A stretch of DNA of 51,148 bases from contig CAUZJQ010000002.1 of assembly GCA_963580095.1 (NCBI GenBank), forward strand, positions 1 to 51,148. Reading direction: 5' to 3'. Each line of letters opens with the position of its first letter. Within the stretch, counting starts at the first letter, position 1. Of this stretch, positions 9,291 to 18,605 are shown piece by piece. A program made the translations under genes and the position numbers. The stretch comes from Lentisphaeria bacterium (GTDB lineage Bacteria; Verrucomicrobiota; Lentisphaeria; JABSQK01; CAJWLW01). The notes under the pieces were generated by a model. That model searched no databases. It saw only the letters and a program-made list of their open reading frames with translations, and was not told the origin of the DNA.

Positions 9291-12200
9291 TCATTCGGCG
9301 GCAAGCCGGGCGAAACGAAAACGGGTCTCCTTAATCAGGCAGTAAAGCACCGGCACAACGAACATTGTCATCAATGCAATGAGCATGCCGCCGAAACACG
9401 GAATCGCCATGGGGACCATGATCTCGGCGCCGCGTCCGGTCGAGGTAAGCACGGGCAACAGGGCAAGAATGGTCGTGGCTGTGGTCATCAGGCACGGGCG
9501 AATGCGACGCATGGCACCTTCGACGACTGCCGATCGAATATCGGTGATCGAGTCCGCAGTGCCGCCGGCGAAGCGTTGCTCGAGGTAAGTCGTCATGACA
9601 ACGCCATCATCCGAGGCAATGCCGAACAACGCCAGGAAACCAACCCACACAGCGACACTCATGTTCACCGGCGACACCTGAAAAAAGTCGCGGGCGTTGG
9701 TGCCGAACAGTTCAAAGTCCATGAAACCCGGTTGTCCGTAGAGCCATAGCAGGATAAAACCGCCAGCCCAGGCGACAAGGATACTGCTGAACACCACCAG
9801 CGTCACCGGTACAGATTTGAATTTCACATAGAGGATCATGAAGATGATGAACAGCGCCAGCGGCAACACGATCCGCAAGGTTTTACTGGCCCGCAACTGG
9901 TTTTCGTAGGTCCCCGCGAAAGTGTACGAAACCCCTTGGGGAATCTTCAGTTCGCCGCTGTCGATTTTACTTTGCAGATACGCTTTGCAGTTCTCGACCA
10001 CATCGACCTCGGCAAAACCGGGCCGCTTGTCAAGCAGCACGTGTCCGATGAGGAACATCCCTTCGCTCTTGATCGTCTGCAGCCCGCGCACATAGCGGAT
10101 CTCTGACAATTGCATCAAGGGAATCTGCTGTCCGTCAACTCCGGGGACGAGCACCTGTCCCAGGTCTTCGATCGAGTCGCGGAGCTCGCGCTGGTAACGC
10201 ACGCGGACCGGATAGCGCTGACGCCCTTCGACAGTCGTCGTAATATGGCGCCCGCCGACGGCGATCTCGATAACATCCTGCACCGCGCCGACCTGAATGC
10301 CGTATCGCGCGATTGCATCGCGATCGATGTCGATCTCGATATAAGGTTTGCCAACGATGCGGTCGGCGATGACCGCATCGGGTTCCACCCCCGGGACCTC
10401 CTTGAGCAGGCGCTCCAGTTCGAGGCCGACGCCCTCGATGGTTGCCAGGTCCGGCCCCTTGACCTTCACCCCCATCGGTGCCCGCATGCCGGTCTGCAGC
10501 ATCACAAGGCGGGCGGCAATCGGCTGCAGCTTCGGTGCCGATGTTGTGCCGGAAATTTTGCCGGCCACGGTGATCGCCTCCCAGATATCGTCGGCGCTGC
10601 GAATGCCGGGCCAGGCAGGGCGCCCACCGTTCAGCTCCGGATCGAGTGCCGGTCGCCAGACTCGAAACGGCATGCCCCCGGGATCCCTGATCAGCCGGCC
10701 GTCTTGATCACGTTCGAAAACGCCACGCACCTTGTACGGCAAGCCGTCCAGCGCGATAACCGGTTCGTTGAGTTCATTACGAAAAAAGTCTGTCGCCCGG
10801 GCGTCAAACTTGAAACGCAACCGTTTGCCGTCACGATCGACGAGGTACTGGGGTTTGTAGTTGATGATCGTTTCGATCATCGAAATAGGCGCCGGGTCGA
10901 GCGCTGATTCGGCGCGGCCGATTTTGCCGACCGCCGAAGTAATCTCGGGAATCGCAGCAAAGGCTTTGTCCTGCTTCTGGAGGACATCCAGTGCCTCGCC
11001 GATGGAGGCATGCTGCATTGTGCTTGGCATGTACAGATAGGAGCCCTCATCGAGATCGGGCATAAACTCCCGCCGCATTCCGAGACAGATCAGAACGCCA
11101 ACCAAAAGCATAAGCAGCGGCACAATCAAAAACACCGTCTTGAAACGCAGCAGGAATTCCAACAGGCGTTCGTAGTATCTGGCGAACAGCAGAAAGAAAG
11201 TCAAAAGCCCGGCAATCGGCCCCATCACGACGACAGCATTGGCGACGAACCCGGCGGCCGGCCCCAGCGGCAGCCAGTGCTGCGTCAACAGGATGCCAAA
11301 GAGCACGGCCAGCAGCAGGTTGGACAGTTTGGGCAACCACACCACCAAAGTATCCGGCAGCGTTGGTGCCAGCAGATGCCACGCGGCGATGCCGACGACG
11401 ATGGCGCCGAGCCACCAAACCCAGAAAATCCAACATGCAGCCCCCGCCGCGACGAGGCTCCAAAGTACCACACCGCGCAGCTGGCGTGAACTGATGCGGA
11501 ACGTAAAAAACCAGTGAGCCAGCACCGGTACGACGGCCAGCGCCAAGATGACCGAGGCAAACAGTGCGAAAGTCTTGGTGAAGGCCAGCGGTCGGAACAG
11601 CTTGCCCTCTGCACCGATCATCGTGAACACCGGCAGGAACCCGATGATCGTCGTGGCAATCGCGGTCAGCACCGCTCCCGCCACTTCGCTACTGGCGCGG
11701 AACACGACCTGCAGGCGATCCTCATCGGACGGTGCTGAATCGAGGTGGCGCAGGATGTTCTCGCACATGATCACGCCCATATCGACAATTGTACCGATGG
11801 CAATCGCGATGCCGGACAGCGCCACGACATTGGCATCGACGCCGAAAGATTTCATCGCGATGAAACACATCAGCACCGCCAATGGCAATGTGCCGGCGAT
11901 CACCGCCGAGCTTCGCAGGTGCATCACCATGATGATGATGACAATAATCGTCACCAGAATCTGCTGGCTCAGTGCCGTCTTGAGCGTGCCCAGGGTTTCG
12001 TATATCAGACCGGTGCGGTCATAGAACGGTACGATCTCTATTTTGCTGACGGTCAACCATTCCGGACGCTCCGCGCGTGACGTCGATGCGACCCAGTCGA
12101 GCCATGCCGGGTGGTCGAGGTGGCCCCTGTCGAAGGCGCGGAATTGCCGGTCGGCGGCAAACTGTCGAACTGCCTGCGCACTGACTTTGCTGTAGTCGAT

Positions 12201-13250
12201 GATGACCTTGGCCGGCAACCCGGGCGAGATTTCCGTGATCTTCTCTTTCAAGGCCTTGATCGCCGCCAGGGGATTGCCGCCATAGCGTACGACCGCAACG
12301 CCGCCGACAACTTCGGCGCCGCCCTTGTCTAGGGCACCACGGCGCCATGCCGGCCCTAATGTCACGTTGGCGACATTGCGGATATAGATCGGGACGTTGT
12401 CGTTCGCCTTGATCATCGTGTTTTCGAGGTCATCGATGTCGTTGATGAACCCGAGGCCACGGATGACATACTCAACCTTGTTGACTTCGATCGTCCGGGC
12501 GCCGACATCGACGTTCGACATCTTGACCGCGGCAAAGACCTGATCGAGGGTGACGCCGTGGGCGCGCATGGCGTCGGGGTCGACGTCGATCTGGTATTCC
12601 TGCACGTAACCGCCGACTGATGCGACCTCGGCGATACCGTCGGCCGACAGGAGGCTATAGCGGATATCCCAGTCCTGGATCGATCGCAATTCATGCGGAT
12701 CCCAACCGCCGGTAACGTTGCCATCCTCATCGCGACCTTCGATCGTGTACCAGAAAACCTGGCCGAGTGCCGTCGCGTCCGGACCAAGAGTCGGCTGCAC
12801 GTCCGGCGGCAAGGTGTCTCTCGGCAGGCTGTTCAGTTTCTCGAGGATTCGGGATCTGGACCAATAGAAGTCGATGTCCTCCTTGAAAATGACATAGATC
12901 GAGGAGAACCCGAACATCGAATAGCTGCGCACCGTCTTGACGCCCGGCATGCCCAGCATAGCGCCGGTCAGCGGCTGGGTCACCTGGGCTTCGACGTCCT
13001 GCGGCGAACGCCCCTGCCACTCGGTAAAAACGATCTGCTGATTCTCGCCGATATCGGGAATCGCATCCACCGCTACCGGCTGGCGCGGCAGCCAGTCGAT
13101 CTCCCAGTCGAACGGCGCGACGATGACGCCCCAGACAACGGTGAAGGCGACCGTCAAAACAACGACCAGCCGGTTGTGCAGGCAGCAGTAGATCAACCTG
13201 TCCAGCAACCCAAGCTCACGGGGATTGATTGGCAGCGTCGGCTCATTCAT
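9291..13250 (-). CDS. CusA/CzcA-family heavy-metal efflux RND transporter, unusually long (1319 aa)
   Basis: Collinear RND/HME architecture runs from the N-terminal TM through two large periplasmic loops to 12 canonical TM regions. Typical segments include FMPDLDEGSYLYMPS, MRAPMGVKVKGPDL, ASDDGVVM and ILALLPVL. The start overlaps the adaptor stop by 8 nt. Confidence 0.95.
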   Translation of the reverse strand: MNEPTLPINPRELGLLDRLIYCCLHNRLVVVLTVAFTVVWGVIVAPFDWEIDWLPRQPVAVDAIPDIGENQQIVFTEWQGRSPQDVEAQVTQPLTGAMLGMPGVKTVRSYSMFGFSSIYVIFKEDIDFYWSRSRILEKLNSLPRDTLPPDVQPTLGPDATALGQVFWYTIEGRDEDGNVTGGWDPHELRSIQDWDIRYSLLSADGIAEVASVGGYVQEYQIDVDPDAMRAHGVTLDQVFAAVKMSNVDVGARTIEVNKVEYVIRGLGFINDIDDLENTMIKANDNVPIYIRNVANVTLGPAWRRGALDKGGAEVVGGVAVVRYGGNPLAAIKALKEKITEISPGLPAKVIIDYSKVSAQAVRQFAADRQFRAFDRGHLDHPAWLDWVASTSRAERPEWLTVSKIEIVPFYDRTGLIYETLGTLKTALSQQILVTIIVIIIMVMHLRSSAVIAGTLPLAVLMCFIAMKSFGVDANVVALSGIAIAIGTIVDMGVIMCENILRHLDSAPSDEDRLQVVFRASSEVAGAVLTAIATTIIGFLPVFTMIGAEGKLFRPLAFTKTFALFASVILALAVVPVLAHWFFTFRISSRQLRGVVLWSLVAAGAACWIFWVWWLGAIVVGIAAWHLLAPTLPDTLVVWLPKLSNLLLAVLFGILLTQHWLPLGPAAGFVANAVVVMGPIAGLLTFFLLFARYYERLLEFLLRFKTVFLIVPLLMLLVGVLICLGMRREFMPDLDEGSYLYMPSTMQHASIGEALDVLQKQDKAFAAIPEITSAVGKIGRAESALDPAPISMIETIINYKPQYLVDRDGKRLRFKFDARATDFFRNELNEPVIALDGLPYKVRGVFERDQDGRLIRDPGGMPFRVWRPALDPELNGGRPAWPGIRSADDIWEAITVAGKISGTTSAPKLQPIAARLVMLQTGMRAPMGVKVKGPDLATIEGVGLELERLLKEVPGVEPDAVIADRIVGKPYIEIDIDRDAIARYGIQVGAVQDVIEIAVGGRHITTTVEGRQRYPVRVRYQRELRDSIEDLGQVLVPGVDGQQIPLMQLSEIRYVRGLQTIKSEGMFLIGHVLLDKRPGFAEVDVVENCKAYLQSKIDSGELKIPQGVSYTFAGTYENQLRASKTLRIVLPLALFIIFMILYVKFKSVPVTLVVFSSILVAWAGGFILLWLYGQPGFMDFELFGTNARDFFQVSPVNMSVAVWVGFLALFGIASDDGVVMTTYLEQRFAGGTADSITDIRSAVVEGAMRRIRPCLMTTATTILALLPVLTSTGRGAEIMVPMAIPCFGGMLIALMTMFVVPVLYCLIKETRFRFARLAAE

Positions 13251-14784
13251 CCTTATGACTTCCTTCGTGATGACTTCCTTCGTGATGGCTGCCTTCGTGG
13301 TGATTTCCTGCGGGCGGTGGGGCTGCTCTGCCCTCCCCGGCAGGCGACCATTTAGGGTTCATCATGCTGGGCTCTGCCAGGATCTGCCGGGCACTGTCGA
13401 TCTTGAAGTTGCCGTTGGTTACGACCAGCTCGCCTTCTTCTACTCCGGACTGAACCAGGAAGAAATCACCAGCTCGCGGTCCCAGGACGACTTCGCGTCC
13501 CGCATAGCGGCTCGGATCATCGGGGTTCTGCACGTAGACGACGGCCCGCCTGCCTGTGCGCAACGCGGCGGTGACGGGGATAACCAGCGGTGCCAGATCG
13601 AGTGCGGAGTCCGCACTGACGAATCCGAGGTCTTCGGCCTTGACCAGTGCCATGCCGCACACCGGACATGGCCCCGGTTCATCCCGGACGATTTCCGGAT
13701 GCATGGGGCTTACCCATTTACCCGCCAGATTCGCGTCGAGTGTTCTGCCGGCGGCGGACAGGCCGGATTCCACGACCGCGCGGACGAACATGCCGGGCTT
13801 GAGTTTACCATCGTCATTAGGCACATTGACACGAATCTTGACGGTGCGCGTTTTGAGCGTGAGCACCGGATCGATGAAGGAGATCCGGCCAATGATCGTC
13901 TCGCCGGGCAGTGACTCGGTGGTGAACGTCACTTCCTGCCCATAGCGCAACCACGGCAGGTCGGACTCATAAGCGTCGAGCTTGACCCACACCTTCGAGA
14001 GGTCGGCGATCCGATAAATCGGTGTTCCGGTCTGCACGTACATGCCTTCTTCGGCGCTCTTCTGAATGACAACGCCGCCGATCGGCGCATTGATCTGGAT
14101 ATGATCAGAGGGTTCGCCACGCGCTTCGATTTCGGCAATCTGTTCCGGCGTCAATCCCCACAGCCGCAGCTTGTCCCTGGTCGCGGCCAGGGTTGCCTCT
14201 GCACTCTTTCGCACCAGTTGTAAAGTACTGTCCTTCACGGCCGCGACCGCCTTGATCGACTCGATCAGTTCGGCTTCTGCAGCGAGAATGTCGGGACTGT
14301 ACATCCATACCATGTGATCGCCCTTATTCACCGATACGCCGGTGTAATCGACATAGAGCCGATCCAGGCGGCCCCCGACTCTGGCGGTGATCGTACGCAA
14401 TTGTGTTTCGTCGTATTCGATCGACCCCACCAGTCGAACCTGCCTTGCAACCCAGCGTCGCTCGACGGGCACCACCTCGACCTGTGCCAGTGCCCGAGCC
14501 TCTGCAGAGAGTCTAAAATCCGTGGAGGCCGAGATCAGCATCATGCCGCAGACGGGACACTCTCCCTCTCCGCGTGATCGGATCTGCAGGTGCATGGAGC
14601 ATGTCCAGACTATTGCCACATCAGCTTTGGGACGCGGCGCAACGGCGGCGCTGGTGTCATGTCGAGCCGCAGCAAGGTCGAGCCGCCCCATCAACCAAAT
14701 GGAACCGAACAGAATGATTGCCCCGATCACCGGGATAACGACGGCGATCTTTTTGCTATTCTGACTTTTTGATTCGTTTGTCAT
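13243..14784 (-). CDS. RND periplasmic adaptor (CusB-like MFP) with two heavy-metal-binding modules and a His-rich repeat tail
   Basis: An N-terminal TM is present. Two CPxCGM modules occur (WTCSMHLQIRSRGEGECPVCGMML and WVSPMHPEIVRDEPGPCPVCGMALV). The lipoyl/beta-barrel core is MFP-like. The tail is NHHEGSHHEGSHHEGSHKDE. Confidence 0.9.
   Translation of the reverse strand: MTNESKSQNSKKIAVVIPVIGAIILFGSIWLMGRLDLAAARHDTSAAVAPRPKADVAIVWTCSMHLQIRSRGEGECPVCGMMLISASTDFRLSAEARALAQVEVVPVERRWVARQVRLVGSIEYDETQLRTITARVGGRLDRLYVDYTGVSVNKGDHMVWMYSPDILAAEAELIESIKAVAAVKDSTLQLVRKSAEATLAATRDKLRLWGLTPEQIAEIEARGEPSDHIQINAPIGGVVIQKSAEEGMYVQTGTPIYRIADLSKVWVKLDAYESDLPWLRYGQEVTFTTESLPGETIIGRISFIDPVLTLKTRTVKIRVNVPNDDGKLKPGMFVRAVVESGLSAAGRTLDANLAGKWVSPMHPEIVRDEPGPCPVCGMALVKAEDLGFVSADSALDLAPLVIPVTAALRTGRRAVVYVQNPDDPSRYAGREVVLGPRAGDFFLVQSGVEEGELVVTNGNFKIDSARQILAEPSMMNPKWSPAGEGRAAPPPAGNHHEGSHHEGSHHEGSHKDE
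13255..13299 (-). repeat. 3 x 15-bp coding tandem repeat (HHEGS)3
   Basis: atgacttccttcgtg occurs twice, followed by atggctgccttcgtg. Confidence 0.9.
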
Positions 14785-16352
14785 TGGTCCGTCTCCTGGT
14801 CAATTGTGAATGACTTCCTGGGGAGCGCCCGGCCCGCGAGTTGATCCAGTCGTGTCAGATGCAGACGGAACTCGAGTAACGCCCGCTGCTCTTCGAGACG
14901 GAACTCCAGCAGCGTCCGCTGGGCATCCAGGAAATTGAGAAAGTCCGTTTTTCCGGAGCGATAGGCAGATGCCAGAATCTCCAGCGAGTGCTGTGCCTGC
15001 GGCAGCAGCGATGTGTGGTACAAGGCAATACTGCGGCGGGCGGTTTCGAGATCGAAATGCGCCTGTTTAACTGCGAATCTCGTCTGGTCTTCCATCGCGG
15101 CAAGCAAGTTTTGCATGCCCCCTATTCGAACCTCGACTTCGCGAATGTAGGCGTTGCGCTGTCCGAACCAGGGTGTCTCTCTATGATCGAGGTCGCGCTG
15201 CGGCATGAAGGCAGGGGCTTCCTCACCAGTGCCGCTGCTCAGTCTCATACGGTTCTCGAAGTAGCCCGGCCCCATGGTTGGATCCGGATAAGTCATGCGC
15301 CTGGCCAACGTAACCGTCGTGCGCATTCGCGCGATACGCAGGCGCTGCTCCTGTAATTCCTGGGAACCATCGATGGCAAGGTCATAGAGTGTTTTCAGAT
15401 CGGTGTTCAGGTCGGCATCGGCAAGCGATGTTGGCGGGCCGAGCACGGCGTCTGGCAAGCGACTCAACAGGGAATTGAGGTGAGCGATAAATGTCTCCCG
15501 CTCCTCTTCGAGTGTAATGATCGCGTCACTCAAAGTCGCCAGTTCCACCTGTGCCATGATCACCGCGTTCGAACTGGAAACTCCGCTGCGAATCGCCTGC
15601 AATGCGACATTTGTCACCCGTTCGAGCAGTGCCTGGCTTTCTTTGTTGACGGCGACCCCTGCATCGGCGAACAGGAGGCGGTAGTAGGTCTGGCTCAACT
15701 CTGTGACAACATCACGGATTGCAATTTCATGCCGCCGTCGAGCTATCTCGACGGCTTCATCTATGAGTTTCCCCTTCAGAGCCAGTGCATCGGGAAACGG
15801 AAAGGACATGGCCGCCATCTGCTTATGACCGGTCGGGCCAACACCTGTTTCCAGTTGCTTGGTAAAGGCGTTGTATTGCTGCAGGATATTGTCGAGCTGG
15901 GTAGCCTGCGGGTACTGTTCCAACGTTGCCTGCAGCTGCGCTGCCGCTGCCTTGATCGTCGGATTCAAAATAAGCGCCACCCCTGTCAGCATCGCCAGAT
16001 CGATGCCCGTCGCCAGCCGCGCATCGAGATTCGGGTCGGCCGCAAGCTTGCGGAATGCGGCATAGTCTTCCGGGCCCAACCCCGACAGAGTGGCGGCGGG
16101 CGCATCATTCGTCAGTGCGGCTTCCCAGCGAGCTTTCGAGTGCATGAGCTGCCGCTGCATATCATCGAGAAAATCCGTTTCGGGAGAATCTCCAACAGCG
16201 ACCTCAGTCAAGGCCGATTTCGCAGCATAATAGGCGTCGGGCTGTGGCTGTTCGAGGACATCCGCGAGCACGCATTGGCGACTTCGGCTGGCACATCCGG
16301 ACATCACGAACACCAAACATAAGTTCAGGAAAATGCCGTATGGACGACTCAT
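14781..16352 (-). CDS. Outer-membrane efflux factor, lipoprotein type (NodT/CusC-like TolC family)
   Basis: Lipobox LVFVMSGC is present. The protein is 523 aa with two TolC-like helical repeats. It has 4-nt overlaps with both neighbours. Confidence 0.85.
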   Translation of the reverse strand: MSRPYGIFLNLCLVFVMSGCASRSRQCVLADVLEQPQPDAYYAAKSALTEVAVGDSPETDFLDDMQRQLMHSKARWEAALTNDAPAATLSGLGPEDYAAFRKLAADPNLDARLATGIDLAMLTGVALILNPTIKAAAAQLQATLEQYPQATQLDNILQQYNAFTKQLETGVGPTGHKQMAAMSFPFPDALALKGKLIDEAVEIARRRHEIAIRDVVTELSQTYYRLLFADAGVAVNKESQALLERVTNVALQAIRSGVSSSNAVIMAQVELATLSDAIITLEEERETFIAHLNSLLSRLPDAVLGPPTSLADADLNTDLKTLYDLAIDGSQELQEQRLRIARMRTTVTLARRMTYPDPTMGPGYFENRMRLSSGTGEEAPAFMPQRDLDHRETPWFGQRNAYIREVEVRIGGMQNLLAAMEDQTRFAVKQAHFDLETARRSIALYHTSLLPQAQHSLEILASAYRSGKTDFLNFLDAQRTLLEFRLEEQRALLEFRLHLTRLDQLAGRALPRKSFTIDQETDQ

Positions 16353-17650
16353 AGCTGGGCCTCCGGTGTGACAGATGATTCGGGAACAAGGCCGCCCGTC
16401 AACTGTTCCAGACGGACGAGGTATTGCTGATAGTCGGTGACGGCACGCAGTCGGGCAAGATTAAAATTGAACCACACCCCCTGAGTCTCCAGAAAACCGG
16501 CAATATCATTGACCCCGGTGCCGTGCCACTGCTCGGCGACTTCCATGGCTTGCGCAGCTTGTGGAATCAGACTTTTCTCGTAGAGCTCGATCAGTCGCCG
16601 GGCATTTTTGAGCCGAAAATACACCGCACGCAAAGCAGCGCGTGTCTCATTCTCAATCTTCCGCTGCTGCTGGACGGCGGAGGCATGCCGTAATTCCGCC
16701 TCGTCAACACGGCTGCGATTACGACTGCGCCAGATAGGCAGCGAGATGCCGATACCGACCATCCAGGCGTCCTTGCCGCTGTCGGCGACGTTTCCAGTGG
16801 CGTCACCAGTAAGCACATGCGTAGAGTCCAGGGTCAATGACGGCCGATTTTGCAGCTCAGCGAGACGCACGGACTCGGCTGCCTTGTCGACCTGGCCGGC
16901 AGCAATCTCGATTTCCTGCCGCTGCCCGAGCGCCACTGCTTCGATCTCCGGCAGCGACGTCTGCAACAGTGGCAATTGTGGCGTCACCAGCTCGCCGAGC
17001 GGCGCGTCGGATGGGCGATCCAGCAAGGCATTGATCTGTACTGTCTCGACCTGTTCGAGTTCGCGCAAAAGAATCAGGTCGTACGACAGCTGTGCGAGCT
17101 GACTCTGGGCCTTGAGCACGTCGTTCAGTTTTGCCGTTCCCTCGGCATATCGCGTGCTGGCGACTTTGAGGACGTGGTTGAGCAACCCCTGGTTCTGTCG
17201 AGTAATTTCCGCAGCGCCACGAAGGTAAACGAGCTCGTTATAACTGACCGTCAGATCAACGATAAAGTCACGAATAGCCCGATCATATTCAGCGTGCCGG
17301 ATACGGATGTCACGCTCGACAACCTCGCCAGCCTGGGCGAGAGTCCCGGGAAACGGAAACCGTTGTGAGAGCCCTATGCGGTATTGCTGCGGGCCGACTC
17401 GCGTTTCGACGCTGTCAACGAAATAATCCAGGCGCAATTGCGGATCCGGCAAGGCAAGCGTCTGCGGCAGTTTCGCCACCGTCGCCTGCCATTCGATCAA
17501 TGCCGCTTTGATCGACGGATTCCGCTCCGGCCCCTGACGAATCAGGCCCGGCAGGTCAACCTTGGCAATAGAATCCGAATTGGCCGCAAAAATACCCGGG
17601 CCTGCGGCAATCGCGACAATGGCGATCAAGTAATGTCTGCAACGATGCAT
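16349..17650 (-). CDS. Second TolC-family outer-membrane factor (non-lipoprotein signal peptide)
   Basis: Signal peptide is MHRCRHYLIAIVAIAAGPGIFA. The 433-aa protein shows a TolC-like repeat pattern (LNDVLKAQSQLAQ, YFRLKNARRLIELY). It overlaps the next OMF gene by 4 nt. Confidence 0.85.
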   Translation of the reverse strand: MHRCRHYLIAIVAIAAGPGIFAANSDSIAKVDLPGLIRQGPERNPSIKAALIEWQATVAKLPQTLALPDPQLRLDYFVDSVETRVGPQQYRIGLSQRFPFPGTLAQAGEVVERDIRIRHAEYDRAIRDFIVDLTVSYNELVYLRGAAEITRQNQGLLNHVLKVASTRYAEGTAKLNDVLKAQSQLAQLSYDLILLRELEQVETVQINALLDRPSDAPLGELVTPQLPLLQTSLPEIEAVALGQRQEIEIAAGQVDKAAESVRLAELQNRPSLTLDSTHVLTGDATGNVADSGKDAWMVGIGISLPIWRSRNRSRVDEAELRHASAVQQQRKIENETRAALRAVYFRLKNARRLIELYEKSLIPQAAQAMEVAEQWHGTGVNDIAGFLETQGVWFNFNLARLRAVTDYQQYLVRLEQLTGGLVPESSVTPEAQL

Positions 17651-17719
17651 GGCACCTCCGCGTACCTGGCAAACAAGGTGTCGCCAGAGACTGTCGTGTC
17701 AATGTCAGGTTTTGTCGGA

Positions 17720-18484
17720 TCAGAATTCAAAATAGTCCGCTCCGTAAATCAGGGTTGCGCCCAGATGCCCGGTCACCGCGACCAGGACACAGGCAAGTCC
17801 CAACAAGATTCCGTAGGTGATATCGCGTCGCTTGTCGCCGAACCGCGCGAGGTGCTGCATGACCGCCGCCGCGATCGCAATCACGGCTGTCGTCACACCG
17901 GCCCAGCGATGACGAAACAGAGTCGTCTGGAGATCCTCGGGATAATTCGCATGCATCGCATCGACCCAGCCCAGGCTGGCGGCTGCAAGGGCACTCAATG
18001 CGCCCAGCGGCAGTATGACGCGGGTACTGGCAAAGGATTCGAGACGTTTGCAGGTCGTATACAGCTCCAGGAACAGCACCAAGGGGATGAAAGCGATCGG
18101 AAAATGCACCACCAGCGGATGCAGTTTGCCGATGAGTTGCAGAAAGCTGTTTGGCTGGCGACCGTCGTGATCATCCGGAACCGGGAGCGCCTGTTCGGAG
18201 GTAACGGACGCAGTGGCAGTTTGCCCAGAATCAACGGTCGCGACTGCTCCGCCAAGGTTGCCCAGGTACTGTTCCGGATCGGCAAGGAAATCCTTGCGGC
18301 AGCCACGGCAGCAGAAATAGATTTCCTGTGCCTCGTAGACTACTGAGAATTTCTTCGAAGCAGCCTCATCCGTGGTGACAGGACACCACGGCTGGCCAGG
18401 CACATCTTGTGCTTGGCCGATAGCATTCAGCAGCAGGAGAAAGATGCACAGTATGCATCCCCGGATTCGGGTGTGAGCATTCAT
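17720..18484 (-). CDS. Membrane protein with an N-terminal YHS/TRASH-type metal-binding domain fused to a DUF2231-like polytopic domain
   Basis: The ATG at 18484 gives signal peptide MNAHTRIRGCILCIFLLLLNAIGQA. The YHS-like segment is WCPVTTDEAASKKFSVVYEAQEIYFCCRGCRKDFLADPEQY. The TM block starts HPLVVHFPIAFIPLVLFLE. Confidence 0.8.
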   Translation of the reverse strand: MNAHTRIRGCILCIFLLLLNAIGQAQDVPGQPWCPVTTDEAASKKFSVVYEAQEIYFCCRGCRKDFLADPEQYLGNLGGAVATVDSGQTATASVTSEQALPVPDDHDGRQPNSFLQLIGKLHPLVVHFPIAFIPLVLFLELYTTCKRLESFASTRVILPLGALSALAAASLGWVDAMHANYPEDLQTTLFRHRWAGVTTAVIAIAAAVMQHLARFGDKRRDITYGILLGLACVLVAVTGHLGATLIYGADYFEF

Positions 18485-18605
18485 CTTGATCAGTGATCTC
18501 GCTTTCAGGTCCGTGAGCGGTTGCGCCGATGGCACAACTGGAATCGCCAGTTGCAATTCTGGCGTTGCAACTGGAACTAAAATGCGGCAGGGCGCCGCAG
18601 CGAGG

